Shown: piece by piece, positions 47,126 through 59,940 of the stretch
Numbering within the stretch: position 1 is the first letter of the stretch
How the letters are laid out: each line of letters opens with the position of its first letter
Source of the DNA: Hyaloraphidium curvatum SAG 235-1
Taxonomy: Eukaryota; Fungi; Monoblepharomycota
DNA length: 64,000 nt
NCBI GenBank assembly: GCA_025558095.1
Contig: JAIVFI010000029.1
Span: 186,001-250,000, forward strand
Direction of reading: 5' to 3'
Translations under genes and position numbers: made by a program
The notes under the pieces: generated by a model
The model's input: only the letters and a program-made list of their open reading frames with translations
The model's database searches: none
What the model was told of the DNA's origin: nothing

Positions 47126-49169
47126 ATGGCCTCCGGGCCGGCGGCTCCCTTGTCGGCGCCCGTCGTAACGTTGTCTCTCGACACTAGTTACGACGATGTA
47201 GAAGTGCCGGCGCGGCAGGAGCGGTCGCGGGTTGTGCAGACCATGGTGACATTCCTCCGACAGTGGGAGCTTCCGCGCCTGCCCCACCCCCGCTTCCGCC
47301 TAACAGCACCCTCCTGTTACGACGCAGCGGAGAAACGGACTTGGGTAGTCGAAGACCGCGGGTGCTGGCCGGACAGAGCGGTGAGCAACGGGCGATCGGC
47401 TCGGGTACCTGTCGGATTGACAGTCGCTCTTCCCAGATGTGCCGCTCAACGCGGCCGGTATCCGGCAAGCGCGACTCACGGCATGGCGGCTGCGGAACCA
47501 GAAGTTTGATGCCATCGTCTGCTCGGACCAGCGCGCGGCGAAACAGACGCTCGACGAGATGCTCCCTTGGATGCCCCAGAACCGCTCCGCTGCAATTGTC
47601 TACGACGCTCGATTGCGCGAGAAGGTGACCGGCATGCTGTCATTAAGCAGACCGCAGTTTAACGAACCTTCACCCCAGAGCTGTTCCGACCTCGGTGGCA
47701 TGCCATGGACGGAAGTGAAGCAGAAGCTAAAGGCCGAGGCCAAAACTCTGGACCATTACCTGCGCGAGCGAGCAGACGGCGAAACGATGGCAGCTTTTGA
47801 AGGCAGAGTCTTGGACTTTTACGCCGAGCAAATCATCGAAAAGGGGCTCCTGGAACCGAGCGGACTGCGGCTGACGCCGACGATGTCTCCTTCGGAACCA
47901 AAGCCCCCGCTGGCCGCGCACGGCACTGTAGAAGCCGGCGTTGCTTCTCCAGCTGCAAGTCCTACAGCACCAATGACATCACACGGTAGCGCATCCAAAT
48001 CGGATCCAGCTTCGCCGCAGGAACTGTCGCCAACCTCCGCGACCAAGGAGCAAGCTCGGAAAGCACTGACCGCGAACCTCCATGTCGACGTCGCAGCACC
48101 GCAGCAGCTCTCGGTTGGAAGCTTCCAGTCATCTTCCTCTTGGAGGCAGATCACGAGCCCGGAGAACTCCTCGGCCCTGTCTCCGGACGACCGACGCGCA
48201 CTCGCCGTTCTCCCTTCCCCGCTCAAATCCACCGGGACGAGCTCGGCACCTCAGAGCCCGTCCCTGAGATCCATTGCCGGCCAGCGCAGTCTCAACCAGA
48301 CGCCGAAGCTCGGATCGAACGCTTCCCTTGCCAGCAACAGGAGCGGAATCTCAAAAGGTTCCATACGTGCGCTGATCGAGGACTTCGAGCGGCTCAGCGC
48401 TGCGTCGTCGCCGATCACTCCCGAAAGTGCATCGGTCCGAAAGAACTTGCAAACGCCCGTCGTCGAACGTGTTCCGGACACGGTATTCGAGGAAGCCCCG
48501 GAGCTCGAGGCTGTGATGCAGGAGCCTGAATCTTCAGTGGAGATCGTGCCGGAAGCAAGATCTGTCGAAGTGGTTCGGACCCAGCACGACGCGCCGCGGC
48601 GAAACATTCTCGTGATCGCCCACGGCGGGGTTCTGCAGCTTCTCTTTACGCACCTCCTCAACGATCTGGACTTCGACATCTACGGCGAGATTCAGACCGG
48701 GTTTCCAAAACACTGCGGATTGTACCGATTGCAGCTCCAGAAGGTCGTCTACGGGCCACCGGACGGTGCAACGGACTGGGAGTGGCTGGGAGTGATCTCC
48801 CTGATGAACTGTGTCGCGCATCACGCACTGGTTTCGAACGAATCCTGGCATCAGTGGAATCCCGACGCCGGAAAGCGGAAGAAGGAGTTCTTGGAGCTCA
48901 AGGCCGCAGCCTTTGCCCCCACCGGCAGCTCTGCCTTGCGAAAGGCCGAGGATGCGCAGCTCACTTCGTCTCCTGTGGCAAGCAGCAGCGCTGATGCAAA
49001 TGACAAACGATCGAAACCCAACTCCGCGGGGGAGTCTTTCCGAATGGCCCTGGAGAAGTTCGGCGGGATCGTCCGGCACTTGAAGGACAAAAGGGGATCG
49101 GACAAGGAGGCCGGGCTGCCGCCTCTGAAAAAGGCTGCGGACATCAAGCTGGAGATCACTCTCGCCTAG
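47126..49169 (+). CDS. Histidine phosphatase (phosphoglycerate mutase) family protein with a long Ser/Pro-rich insertion
   Basis: Splicing restores FLRHGETD...LAGQS/DVPLNAAGIRQA. Also VCSDQRAAKQT, DARLREK, the second catalytic His in ILVIAHGG, and MNCVAH. Confidence 0.85.
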
Positions 49170-49204
49170 GGCATGCACCATTACCCTACCGAAGCTGTAT
49201 CGTG

Positions 49205-52200
49205 CTATTGTGACACATACAGTGTGATTGTAGGCACGTTCCGTGTACGCTTCGTGCCATCCTCCGGCTGTCTGTCCGACCATTCCGTCACCACGGACTC
49301 GATGAGCATCGCCACGTCCTCGTCGCTCCCCAAGTTGACCATGTCGCCTTCCTCGTCCTTGAAGCGGATCTTTGCATCGGAGGCTTCATTCGAGTTCAGG
49401 CCAATTTTGTTGACAACGAGCCGCCTCACTTCCTCAAAAGGAGGGGCATCAAACGGATCCTTGGGCAGCGGCAGCTGAAGAGCAAAGACCTCCGACCTGT
49501 AGTGGATCTTGACGCGCAAGCAAGGCTGTCCGCTTCGAATAGATGCGACGGAAAACCGGTTGGAGGATGCATCAAACTCCCGTGCGGACGGTGCGGCGCT
49601 AGCGATCGACGGTGACCGATCCCGCGTCGGTTGCCCGGGTGCCACTGCGAAGCTCTCCAGAACAGACGATATCCGCCTGACCCATTCCGTCGTATCGGCA
49701 GTAGGACCTGCGGACGTTCCAGCGTTGACGTCCTGCAAGATTGCGAGCGCGTCCTTCAGGCATTCTTGTATCTGCAGATCGGGGACTGCACTTGTCGGTG
49801 ACATCCCGCCCCTCATGCGCTCATCACTGGCCCCTGAAAATCCACCCATCTGGATTGGCCTGGCAAGAGGAGGAAGGGATCGCGACGTCGCAGGCTCGAG
49901 CGTGCTGGAAAGCAGAGCACTCCGGCGTGGTCCAAGGGGTTGCCCGTTCGTGGCGCCTTCAACAACAGGCAAGCTTGCCGCCGACCACGAAGCCGTGCTC
50001 GGATTCGAATCGCCGTAGCTCATTGCGGCTTGGATGGTCCCATGAGCCGACACTGTGCTGCCGCGGCTGCCGCGCCTCGCCGAAGCTCCAAGAGTCTCCT
50101 CGGTAGCCGAATTCCTTTCGGGTTCACCTGGTCGATACGACAAGGAGCTTGTGCTGCCGACCGCAACACCCATGGATGCATCGAAGCCAAACATCTGCGA
50201 GCCTCGGCCAAGCGGATGGTCCGCCGTGCCTGCCTCGGCCGCATTGACCTCCGAAGGGAGATTCAACTTCTCAATGTCCATGTGCTGGGCGGCAGGTTGG
50301 TCGCGGAGCTGTCGCTGCCGCGTGATGGCATCCCTTCTTCTCCGCTCCTCTACCATGATGCCCGTAAGGCGGTCCTTCCAGAGGCGACATTGCTCCGCAT
50401 CCTTACAGCGCAGCTCAAAGTTATCTCCCGAACCTGCGTCCATTGCGTTGCCAGCAGACGGTTCGCTGGTGCGAATCCCCGGCTGTCGCCAAAACACCTT
50501 GAGCAGCGGCTTCTCCGGGGGCTTCGTTGGCACCTCGTGGACCGCCGTCACGCACTCCATGAAGACGTGGCCCTTAATGACGGCCGTCCCGCGCACGCTT
50601 TGTTCTTCCGGCATGTTCTTCTCCGTCAGCCCGAGCATCCGCGCAGACTTGCTCGCCGTTGACAGTGGGATCATTTGGCAGCAGAGGAGGATGCGGTCGA
50701 AGAGGTAGATGGCGTACGGTTTCTCGACGCCCGAGAGCGAAGGCATGAGGAAGTTGTCGTAGATCTGCAAGGAGCCAAACTCGAAAGGTTGCAAGCCCTG
50801 CAAGCGGTGGTCAGCAAGCAGTTACCAACCAAAATGAGCTCGGCATGCCTTCCAATCCACAACGCGCCGCTGCAAGTCCTGCATCGCCGGCGTGTTTTCG
50901 GATTCGCGCCTCTTTTGGTTGACATCGTCGGCTATTCTCTTGGAAGCCTCGACGCCGAGAACGAGTTCGCCGTAGTACGCGTAAGATCCGCGGTTGGTGT
51001 TCTTGAGAAGCTGTTGAAGAAGCAGTGGATAGCGACAAATGCGTTGTACCGGCTTTATGAGGAAGGATGGGAGCTCGTACCGAGGCTCCATGACGGAGAT
51101 GGCCTGCGGTGAAAGAAGGTCAAAAACCCGCTGGACGAGTAAAGCACATTGCCTCACCGCCAACTGTGACGACTTCTCGAGGACAAACTTTGTCGCTTTC
51201 TCGAGATTGATGCACATGGGCGAGTACACGGAGACGAGAGACGGTTCCTGCGGGCCGTCAGCTTTGAGAGAGACGGAGGAACAAGCAGCCTCACCAGCTT
51301 TGTAAACACGAGTCCAACCCTCTCGTATGATGCGGCAATGGACGCTTCGAGCTTGGAGAGAAACCGGTGCTGGTACTCCGCAAGCTCCTCAATGTTCGAA
51401 AAGATGGTCTGCACTTCCTCGGCCGTGCAGATCCTGCTTGCTTTGAGGGCGATTTGGTACTCCTGAAAAGACGTCAGGACTGTCGTGCAACTGTCACTGC
51501 CTAACGCGAAGCCTCACAAGGAGCAAATCCAAGTCCGCGACGTATTTCCGCTCCGTATCCAAGAGCTCTTTTAGGAGTCGAAGCCGCTTCAGGTCCGCGG
51601 GATTCTGGGGGTTCGGGAGAGTTCCCGATTCGACAAAAGCATTGAGGTCGGGAATGAAGACGGGCAGGGGTTTCAGCTTCTCGGGAGCGAGTCCCATTTC
51701 CTTCATCCTCTGAAGTACCGTCTCGATCGTGCTCAGGACCTTGGCATTTACGTGAGCATGGTGGGCGAAAGGAGCAGCAATGGAGCGCCTACCTTAATCT
51801 TCTGCCTTTCGCTTACATCTTCGCGAAAAAGATCGCCGGTCTGGAACAACTTCTGGTCTGGTATCTGGAGCTCCTGTGCGGCGAGACGTGAGAAAGACTC
51901 CCCTGCTTGGCCGGCATTGCGCACCTGCTTGCACGCCTTAAGAAACTCGAACGTTGCCCTCTTCCGCCGCGTCAGATCGGCATCATCCTTCTCGACAAAA
52001 AGATTCCCCGTACTCGCACTCAGCAGGCTTTGGAAACCGGACGGAGCCGACGTAGCAGGTCCCGGCATCTCTAGTCTGTCCCTGGGCCGCAAGGAATTAT
52101 ACAAGGAGCACAGCGGCGCTCCTTGTTTCAAAGTCTCCATGAGGATACGGGTAGGATCGGTGACATCGATCTGCCACGAGTTGCGCGGGTCGATCTTGGG

Positions 52201-52533
52201 CCAGACCAGGAACTCCGCGACCTCGGGCAACGAATTGAGCTGCTTCAGCACGTCCAAGGATCTTTGGTAGATCGATCTCGGAGGTGCAGAAGACAAACCA
52301 GCCCGCGACGTCGGAGCAGCGCCGCCCGGGACTGGCTCCGTCGCGTCGAATGCGGGTCCGGCGTCGTCGGAGTTTCCTCCCTCCCGGCGAGGTAGTGCTC
52401 CCACATCCGCGACTCCGGCACTGTAGGGCGATGCCACTGCGCTCGTCGGAGAGCCCGCTGTGATGGTGGATTCCGAGCGCGCTTTGCCCCTGAGCGAGGT
52501 CAGGTTCGGGAGATTGGAGAAAATGGAGGGCAT
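49205..52533 (-). CDS. CDC24: Cdc24/Scd1-type Rho GEF (CH, DH, PH, PB1), multi-exon
   Basis: CH-like LKQGAPLCSLYN...FLKACK; DH ELLDTERKYVADL, IFSNIEEL and FLIKPVQRICRYPLLL; PH YLFDRILLCC; PB1 RVKIHY...IRFKDEEGDMVNLGSDEDV. Confidence 0.92.
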
Positions 52534-52850
52534 TGCCCAGGAGGCGGCGACTGCCGCGACCGTAGCGAGCGACGCTCTAAGACGCAGGGAGCTTTGCCGA
52601 ATGGATAGCAGATAGGACGGATCCGCCGTCGCCGTGTGCGGAGTTCAGAATTTGGACGATCTTGTTTCCCGTCGACGACCGTCGCGGCGGTATGGCTCAC
52701 CACTCTGAATCTTCCGGTCCTTCCAAACTCAAATGCAACGGTGTCCAAGCATTCAGCATTGAGAAGATGCCACCAACAGAATCACAAGCTCCCATCCTAC
52801 GCCCTAAGCCACACGCCGACGCCGCCTCCGTTCATTCCTTCGCCCCAGTT

Positions 52851-53905
52851 TTATTCACTCTTCTTCCCGACAGCTTGCTGTGCTTGCTGATAGGGAAGGA
52901 CGTCGCACCATCCAAAGAGACGGTCAAGATAGCCCCAATAGAAGGTCTGGTAGAAACTGGATGCAGTCGAGTTAGCCATGCCCCTTCCACGTGCAACGAG
53001 CTCACCGACCCTTTGTGCTGCGCTTCGTGGTGCATGTCGTGCCAATCGACATACCGGAAGACGAAATTGAGGAAGTCCCACGGAAATGCGTACCCCGCGT
53101 GATTGTGGATGCCAACCCAAGCGAGGAAGACGCATTGGAAGAAGAAGCAGCCAAAGAAGCTCATCCCGGCAAACGCACAGCCAAGGTAAACGGGGTAGGT
53201 GGTTTCGAGAATGGCGTCGACAAGCGTGAACTGCGAGGCTGCGAGGATGTTGACAACGCCTGCAAGGAGCTCGTTAGTCAAAAGCCTCGTGTTGCGCCGA
53301 TGCCCTTGCTCACGGTTCTCATGATGATGCCATTTGTGATATCGCTTGTACAGTACCGGGACAGTGTGCTGCAAGACGTGGCCTAACCAGATGATGAGGT
53401 CCCACCAGAATATCGCGATGGGGAGCCTCCAAGCAAAATCACGCCAGCCGGAGCTGCGGTCGTGCATGTTCATCCCGAAATGCTTCTGAATCCAGTAGTC
53501 GCTCAAAGACATCGGCAAAGCGACCATGAAGAGGCCCGGAATGCTCTTCAGCCCGTGCGTCCGCTCCCACATCTACACAACAGCGATCAGCACGCCACAG
53601 GTGCTTCTGACGGCATGATCACTCACCTCTTGGACTTGCGCTTCCGGAATGTACACGTTCTTCTGGATCTTGTACTGCTCGAACCACCGATTCCTTTCGA
53701 TCCAAAGGAAGGCCAAAGTTGCCAGTATAAGTTCGATTTTCAGAATGCCGTAGGTGAAGAGGACGTAGGTGGGAGCTTCCCCAATGTGAGCGGCCACCAG
53801 CTCCGTTATATCGTAGAAGCCGTCTGGGTTTCCAAGAAGCCAAGAAGGAAACCAAGTTGGGGCCCCGGAGATGGCCCCGGCGGCAGAAGTGCCGTTCAAT
53901 GCCAT
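52851..53905 (-). CDS. Fatty acid hydroxylase / sterol desaturase family protein (ERG25-like), multi-exon
   Basis: FEQYKIQK, and His boxes HVLQH, YHKWHHE, HNHAGYAFPW and WHDMHH. The last exon reads FYQTFYWGYLDRLFG. Confidence 0.88.
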
Positions 53906-54094
53906 GTCCTCCTGAGCCAAACTGTGCGCGCGGAGCTCTGGTTTCCTTCCGCGAGTGACGGGAGACGTGCGTGGCAACTGTGGCGAAGGCCGCCGCGTCC
54001 AATCACCGCCCTGTCTGGAACCCCCTGGGACCTCCCCTCAGCCTCATGCTGCGCTTTTGAAAGCTCTCACTGCTCGGGCTGAGGCAGCACTACG

Positions 54095-55330
54095 ATGTGC
54101 GGCCGCTTCTTCCTCGCTGCCGAGCCGGACGCGCTCCGGACGCGTGTCCGCGCGACGAGGTTCGAAGATCCAAGCCAGCGATACCGGAAGAGCTGGAACG
54201 TCGGGCCGACGCGGACGGAACCGGTCTTAATTGCGGAAAGGAGATCCGACGCGGGAGATCCGGGGCCCAGCAGCTCTCCGAGGTCGAGCGGGACGAAGGT
54301 CGAGAGAGTCCTGCGCTGCATGAAGTGGGGCTTGATCCCGTCGTGGAGCAAGGAGATGCCGGACTTCGCGGCGACGCGGAACACCATCAACGCGCGAGAC
54401 GACACCGTGTCGGGCTCGAAAAGCATGTGGTCGAGCATGAAGGACAAGAAGCGCTGCGTCGTGCCCATTCAGGGCTTCTTCGAATGGCAGAAGATGCCTG
54501 CGGACGAAAAGATCAAGATCCCGCACCTCGTCACTCCCGCGGAGACCAGAGCTGGCTCGCCGAAGGAAGGAGACCTGCCGCTGCTGCTGTGTGCCGGCCT
54601 CTACGACATTGCTCGGCTGCCTGATCGGGAAGACAAGTCCAACAAAGTCGAGGTCTATAGCTTCACTATCATCACGACGAACAACTCGAAAGATCTCGCA
54701 TTCCTTCACGATCGAATGCCCGTCATTCTGGACGAGTCGGACGTCGATCTCTGGCTGGATCCCACGGTCCCTTTCGAAAAGGTCCGGCACCTGCTGCGGC
54801 CGCGGGAGGGGTTGCATGTTGTGCCCGTCACGAGCTTCGTCTCCAAGATCGGCCAGGATTCCGAAGAGTGCATCAGGCCTGGTGGGGAATTCCCTGTCAA
54901 TGTTTCATTTCACAAGCTAAGCCACGAAATCTTTGCAGCTACAGCCGACGAGCTGAGGATCATGAAGCTCGGCAAGAAGGCTTTGGGAAACGAAAAAGGC
55001 TTGCAGAGCGTCGCCAGCTTTTTTGGGGCCAAGCCGGACGGCAAGGCGGCAAACGCGGAGGGCTTGGAATCGGCAACACAGGCGGTGAAGAGGTCCGCGG
55101 ACAACCTATCTGACGCCGACGGCGACATCGAAACTGCCGTGGCAGACGCCGAAGTACCGAAGCGCGAGGCAAAGGAGCCGCGTTCTCCAGCGCCTGCTGC
55201 CCCGGCCAAGGGGAAAGGACTGGCTTCGCCAGCTCCGGCCAAGAAGGCCAAGAGCGCGGCAGCTTCCCCGGCAAAGAAGCCCGACCCGAACCAGAAGTCG
55301 CTCACGTCGTTTTTCGGGAAGAAGGCTTGA
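54095..55330 (+). CDS. HMCES: SRAP-domain abasic site processing protein (HMCES/YedK)
   Basis: N-terminal MCGRF (catalytic Cys2), WNVGPT, MKWGLIP, TINAR, RCVVPIQGFFEW and HDRMPVIL. C-terminal PIP box QKSLTSFF. Probable in-frame intron at about 54882-54938. Confidence 0.95.
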   Translation: MCGRFFLAAEPDALRTRVRATRFEDPSQRYRKSWNVGPTRTEPVLIAERRSDAGDPGPSSSPRSSGTKVERVLRCMKWGLIPSWSKEMPDFAATRNTINARDDTVSGSKSMWSSMKDKKRCVVPIQGFFEWQKMPADEKIKIPHLVTPAETRAGSPKEGDLPLLLCAGLYDIARLPDREDKSNKVEVYSFTIITTNNSKDLAFLHDRMPVILDESDVDLWLDPTVPFEKVRHLLRPREGLHVVPVTSFVSKIGQDSEECIRPGGEFPVNVSFHKLSHEIFAATADELRIMKLGKKALGNEKGLQSVASFFGAKPDGKAANAEGLESATQAVKRSADNLSDADGDIETAVADAEVPKREAKEPRSPAPAAPAKGKGLASPAPAKKAKSAAASPAKKPDPNQKSLTSFFGKKA

Positions 55331-55579
55331 GTTCTCGTCTTGGTGCATGGTGATAGTGTACATATCGTTCATTCCTGAACTCCAGCTTCTACGCACTGCA
55401 TTGGTTGAATCTTGAGCATTGATGTCGCCAGAACGTTCTTGCATCCGGATCGTCCCGTGTTTGAGTCACCCTCCAAAGTCCGCCTTCCCGACCGCTGTAG
55501 TCACACAACACGAGTCACAACTCGAACTCACTCCGAAGCTCACCTCAAGCACTATTCAAAACACTTCGAAGTATCCACA

Positions 55580-56151
55580 ATGTTCACCACCGAAGGGCTG
55601 ATGAGGTTCACCGGTGCGGACGCGCAGTTTTAAAGGTGGTCGCGAGCGGCGACTCACAGCATCCTCCTCCATCTCGGGTTGCTCGCCGCAACCTCCGGGC
55701 CGCAACTCGCGACCCGCGTCCTTCATGTCGTGTATTCGCAGGCGCCTGTAAGTTGCATTGGGCAGGACAGTCGCTCGTGCGACGGTTGACGCCGCTGTCT
55801 CCCCTTGCGTGCAGACACCACCGCCACGGGGCTGGCATTCCTATTCGCTCCGTGGATCGTCGAGACGATCTACAACCCCCCGGCGGAAGTTTTGGGCCTC
55901 GCACCGACCAAGTTCGACGTCGCTACGCAGGCGTTCGTCGGTCCCGTTATCGTGAAGCTCGGCACGTACTGTGGGCTTCCAGCTAGAGTCTTAAAGCCAG
56001 CGCGATCGGCCGCGTCATCATGGCGGCCGGATGGCTGTACGGATACCGCCGCGGGCTCGTTTCTTCGGGCGCGCTCGTTCTCGTCAGCGCCCAGGAGCTG
56101 CTCATGGGCTTCCTTACCTACCAAGCCATGCAGAAGGAGGGCATGCTCTAA
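55580..56151 (+). CDS. Small multi-pass membrane protein of unknown function (includes a probable 6-nt micro-exon)
   Basis: MFTTEGLMRFT/GA/YTTATGLAFLFAPWIVETIY...FVGPVIVKLGT, then in another frame AIGRVIMAAGWLYGYRRGLVSSGALVLVSAQELLMGFLTYQAMQKEGML*. The last junction is unresolved (35-nt intron or frameshift). Confidence 0.55.
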
Positions 56152-56390
56152 ACTGTCCTCGGTCATCCGCACAATCATCCGGCAGAGCTCTTGGACCTTG
56201 ACATACGGCACAGCCCTCGAAAAGTCCTTTGACATGTACATACGGCTCATCTGGCCTGCGAAATCTTGGATCATCTTACATGGGTTTGGGGCTGGTGCGG
56301 CGCAGCAACCGCGCGATGATGATGGCCGGGGTCCGTGATCGGCTCGCATTTCTCCCGGCCGTCCTGTCTGGGCAACACCGAGCGAATGAC

Positions 56391-57380
56391 ATGGCCGCCC
56401 GCGTGCTCGGACGCCGCTTTATTGAGTCGGCGGCGATTTCGCCCCTGACGACTCCGCTTCCCCCGTGGGCCGCGCGCGACCTGTCCCCCGGAGCCTGTTG
56501 CTGACGTCCCGCCAGTCCCCCCGGCAAGATTTCCGACCGTGTGCCCGCCGTCGCCCCCAATCCCGCCGTCTCGCCGCTCAACAAGCCCGCCCCGGCCCCG
56601 CCGCCGCCCCGCCCCGCCAGCCTGAACCTCGTCCCGAACGTTTCCCCCCTGGTGGACTTGCACGAGCTCACTGTGGACGAATGCCGGCCGTTCAACCTCC
56701 AAATCCTCCCCACGGACCGGATTCTCGTGTTGGGGCCGAATCGCGAGGTCAAGGAGAAGGTCATTGAAATCGTTTTGACCGAGGATCCCGTGGAAACGCG
56801 GGCCAGCATTTCGGGCTACATTACCCGGAGCAACCGGGCCAACGTCCTGCGCGTCGAGCCGTCTCCGGTTACAATGACGCTCAGGGAGAGCGCGGGCCGA
56901 CTCGTCGGGAGGAAGCCGACGGACCAGGAGTTTGACGCACTGCTGGAGAAGCTCGAGATCGCTGAGTGGTTCGACTTTGTTCGGTCCCGCTACCCCAAAG
57001 TCTCGCTGGACGCGGATTTCGGCGCCCTGCCCGAGAACGCCCCCGGAAACGCCACCCTGCTCCGTGCCTGGGCCCCGCTTATGTTCAAATACGCCGAGGG
57101 CGGATTCAAGGAAGCGCCGCCGTTCCACGTCTTCTTCAAGGGCAGCTTCGCGGGGATGATCGAGGAGGAAATCATGACCACGCTCGGCTTGCTGCCCGAA
57201 AACGTCGGGTACCTGCGCGTGGCGAGCACCGACCCCGCCGAGGTGCTCGAGGACGGGATCGTGCACTCGGCGCGGTGCGGGCGCGGCTCGAGGCGGAAAG
57301 ACGAGCAGATCTGGACCTTCTGGCGGGACCGCGTGATCCTGACGCCCGTCCTCTATGGGCATTCCTACGAGGTGGACTAG
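56391..57380 (+). CDS. Hypothetical protein resembling a degenerate ABC-ATPase domain (2 exons)
   Basis: Intron at about 56465-56515 (GTGGGC...CTGAC...CCAG). Typical GC3-rich codon use. The sequence contains FNLQILPTDRILVLGPNREVK and TLRESAG...TDQEFDALLEKLEIAEW. Confidence 0.65.
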
Positions 57381-57517
57381 CGAAGGGTCGTCGGACGGGC
57401 GCCGTCGAAAAAGTAGACGCGATAGAGCATGCCATACAGAAGTGATTATGCGCCGGCGCAGATGTGTACATGGCAGAACGGAATCGTAGTGGTATCGCGA
57501 AAGCACCTTTCCCGCCG

Positions 57518-59940
57518 TCACGCGAGATGGCACTCGAGCGCCACGGGGAGGTACTTGTACTCTTCCGACGGCGATCCCTCCGCGCTGAACCTCAGGTTCA
57601 CCGCCGGCCACGTGGGCCGGATGTCCAGCTTGACCGACATCCGGATGCTGAGCATGCGGTCCTGCAGGGCAAAGACGTTCTGCGGGGCGATCGGAGAGAT
57701 GAGCCAGAGGACCAGCTGCCAGCAAACGCATCCACCCACTTCCCACATCTGTTCCTTTGCCGCGGCGTTCGATACCGTCTGCTGCACGTCGCGCAGCGAA
57801 AAGCCGACCCACTGCGCGAGTATCTGCGGCAGACGTCAGCTTCCTTGCAAACATCCACGCGACCAACCCACCCTCTCGGGCAGCTTCACGGCGAGATCCC
57901 CGGAGCCGTCGCGCACGATCACGATCAGCTCCAGCTCCGAGCTGCCCTTGACGATGCGGAACGGGGAGTACCACACGATCGCGACGTTGTCGAGCCAAAC
58001 CGTCGCCGCCAGGCGTTCGCGAATGACGTTCGGAAGGTCGCCGATCGCATGCGTTTCCCGTGGAAGCAACGGTTGGGCAAATGGCAGTCCCGGTTTCGGC
58101 GCCTGCTTCGACGACGCGGGCGGCGGCGGCCTGGCCTGCACCAACGTCCTCCCCCTTCCCGACCCAGCGGTCTCCTCCTCGTCGTCGACGAGGTTCACCA
58201 CCGGCCTCGCCTGCGTCCCCGCCGGCGCCTGCGGCGCCTTCTTCTGCGAGAGCTGGTCCATGGCCAGCAGCAGGTCATCCGGGATGTCGTCAAGGTCCAC
58301 GTACGACTGCGACGCCGTGCCTCCCCTGGGCCCGAGCGGCGTCGAGGGGACGGCTGCGGGGCCGCCGGGGCCGGGACCGCTGAGCGCCAGGGCGTCCGGG
58401 TCCAGCTCGTTCCAGAGGCCGTCATCGGCGTCGAATTCCCATTCGGGCGGCTGGCGCTCCTGTACCGGCGTCCTTTGCTGCGATACAGGCAGCGAGCTCG
58501 GGGGCAAGGGCTGCGCGGGGGAGTGGGATTGCTCGTTCTGGAAGCCCCATAGCCGGGCACAATCCCGCTGCGGCGTCTTTTGGCTCCCGGGCGCGGCTTT
58601 CGAAGGCGTCCGGTGCCGATCGGGCGGTTGAGGTTGCCGCTCGGGGGGTTGAGGCTGCCGGGGCATTGGCGCAGGTTGCCGCGGGGGAGGTGGTTGGCGA
58701 ACCGGCGGTGCGGCCTGCCGAACAGGCGGTGGAGCCCGCGGCGGAGGTTCATCCTCAATGTCGAAACTGTCGTCGACACCAAAATCGTCCAGCGGGAAGT
58801 CTTCGAACCCGGGTGTCCCAATCCGAGGATGTTGGGCCCCGGGAGCGAGCGGAGGGCGGTTGTTCTGTGGGAAGGGAGGCGCCGGTTGCCGGGGAGGCGG
58901 TTGGGGAGGAGGTTGGCGGTTGTGCTGGGTGGCCGGGGGAGGATTGCCCGGAGGGCGAGCCGCGGCATTCCGCCCCGCTTGCGGCGCAGCAGGTGCGACG
59001 GGATCCGGAGGAGGTGGAGGAAGGTTCATGGGTCGGGAGACGGCGTCGTCGTCCGTCGCAGGAGGTTTCCTGCAAATGGATAGCGTCAACCGAGCTCGAG
59101 CCCCATTCGCACGAGCGTAGCTACCCAAGAGCGGCGCGCAGCTTGCGCCGTATGTCGACGAGCGGGTCGGGTCCGTTCATTCCTTCGATGAAGCCGCCGA
59201 GAAAGGCAAAGTTGTTTGGCGTCAGTTCCAGGACGCCGCGGCGCAGCGTGGCATTCGTGATCGCGACCTGCGCGTTCAGACCGGTGAGTACACATGCCAG
59301 GTGTCCACCAACTCGATACGGCGCCCACCTTGGAGCCCAGGGGTGTGTACATGCTGACGTCGGGCAGTCGCTTCATCTCCATGCCCTCGATGACCTGGTG
59401 CCCGTCCGTGAGCGTGAGCCGCAGCATGCCGCGCGGAAAGCTGATGAGCTTGGCCTGGTGCGTCTGCGTGACGTTGTGCACCACGGCCTGCGACGGCGCC
59501 GGGTTTTGGGTCGGGCCGGGCCTGGCGGGCCCGTTTGCGTCAGCGTTCTCGTTGCCCTCCTGCTCGTCGACGTTGAGGTAGATGCGCTGGTATCCGCCGT
59601 ACTTGCGGCCCTCGAGCTCCTTCTCGACGTCGTCCAGCATGGCCTGCTTGGAGTGCTGCACCTCCATGACGTCGATCACCTGCAGCACCAGCGTGCCGGG
59701 CAGGGCGGCGCGCGCCAGGCCGTCCGCGCCCGGCGGCAGCGCGGGCAGCGCGACGTCGCGGAGGTCCGACTCGAGCAGCTGCAGCCACGCGTGGCGCGCG
59801 AGGCCGTCGTCGGTCGCGACGTCGCGCGGCACCTCGGCGAGCAGGAACGCCGCGCACGCGGACACCCACTCGGGCAGCACGCGCGCGCCGCGGCCAGCCA
59901 AGTACCGCGCAACGCCCGGCGCTCGCCGCTCGGCGTCCAT
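57518..59940 (-). CDS. RMI1: RecQ-mediated genome instability protein 1 (RMI1), multi-exon
   Basis: EWVSAC...QLLESDLRD...LVLQVIDVMEV...PRGMLRLTLTDGHQVIEGMEMKRLP...TPLGSK/VAITNATLRRGVLELTPNNFAFLGG (RMI1 N-terminal OB fold). A Pro-rich linker leads to a C-terminal OB-like segment IVRDGSGDLAV. Confidence 0.88.
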
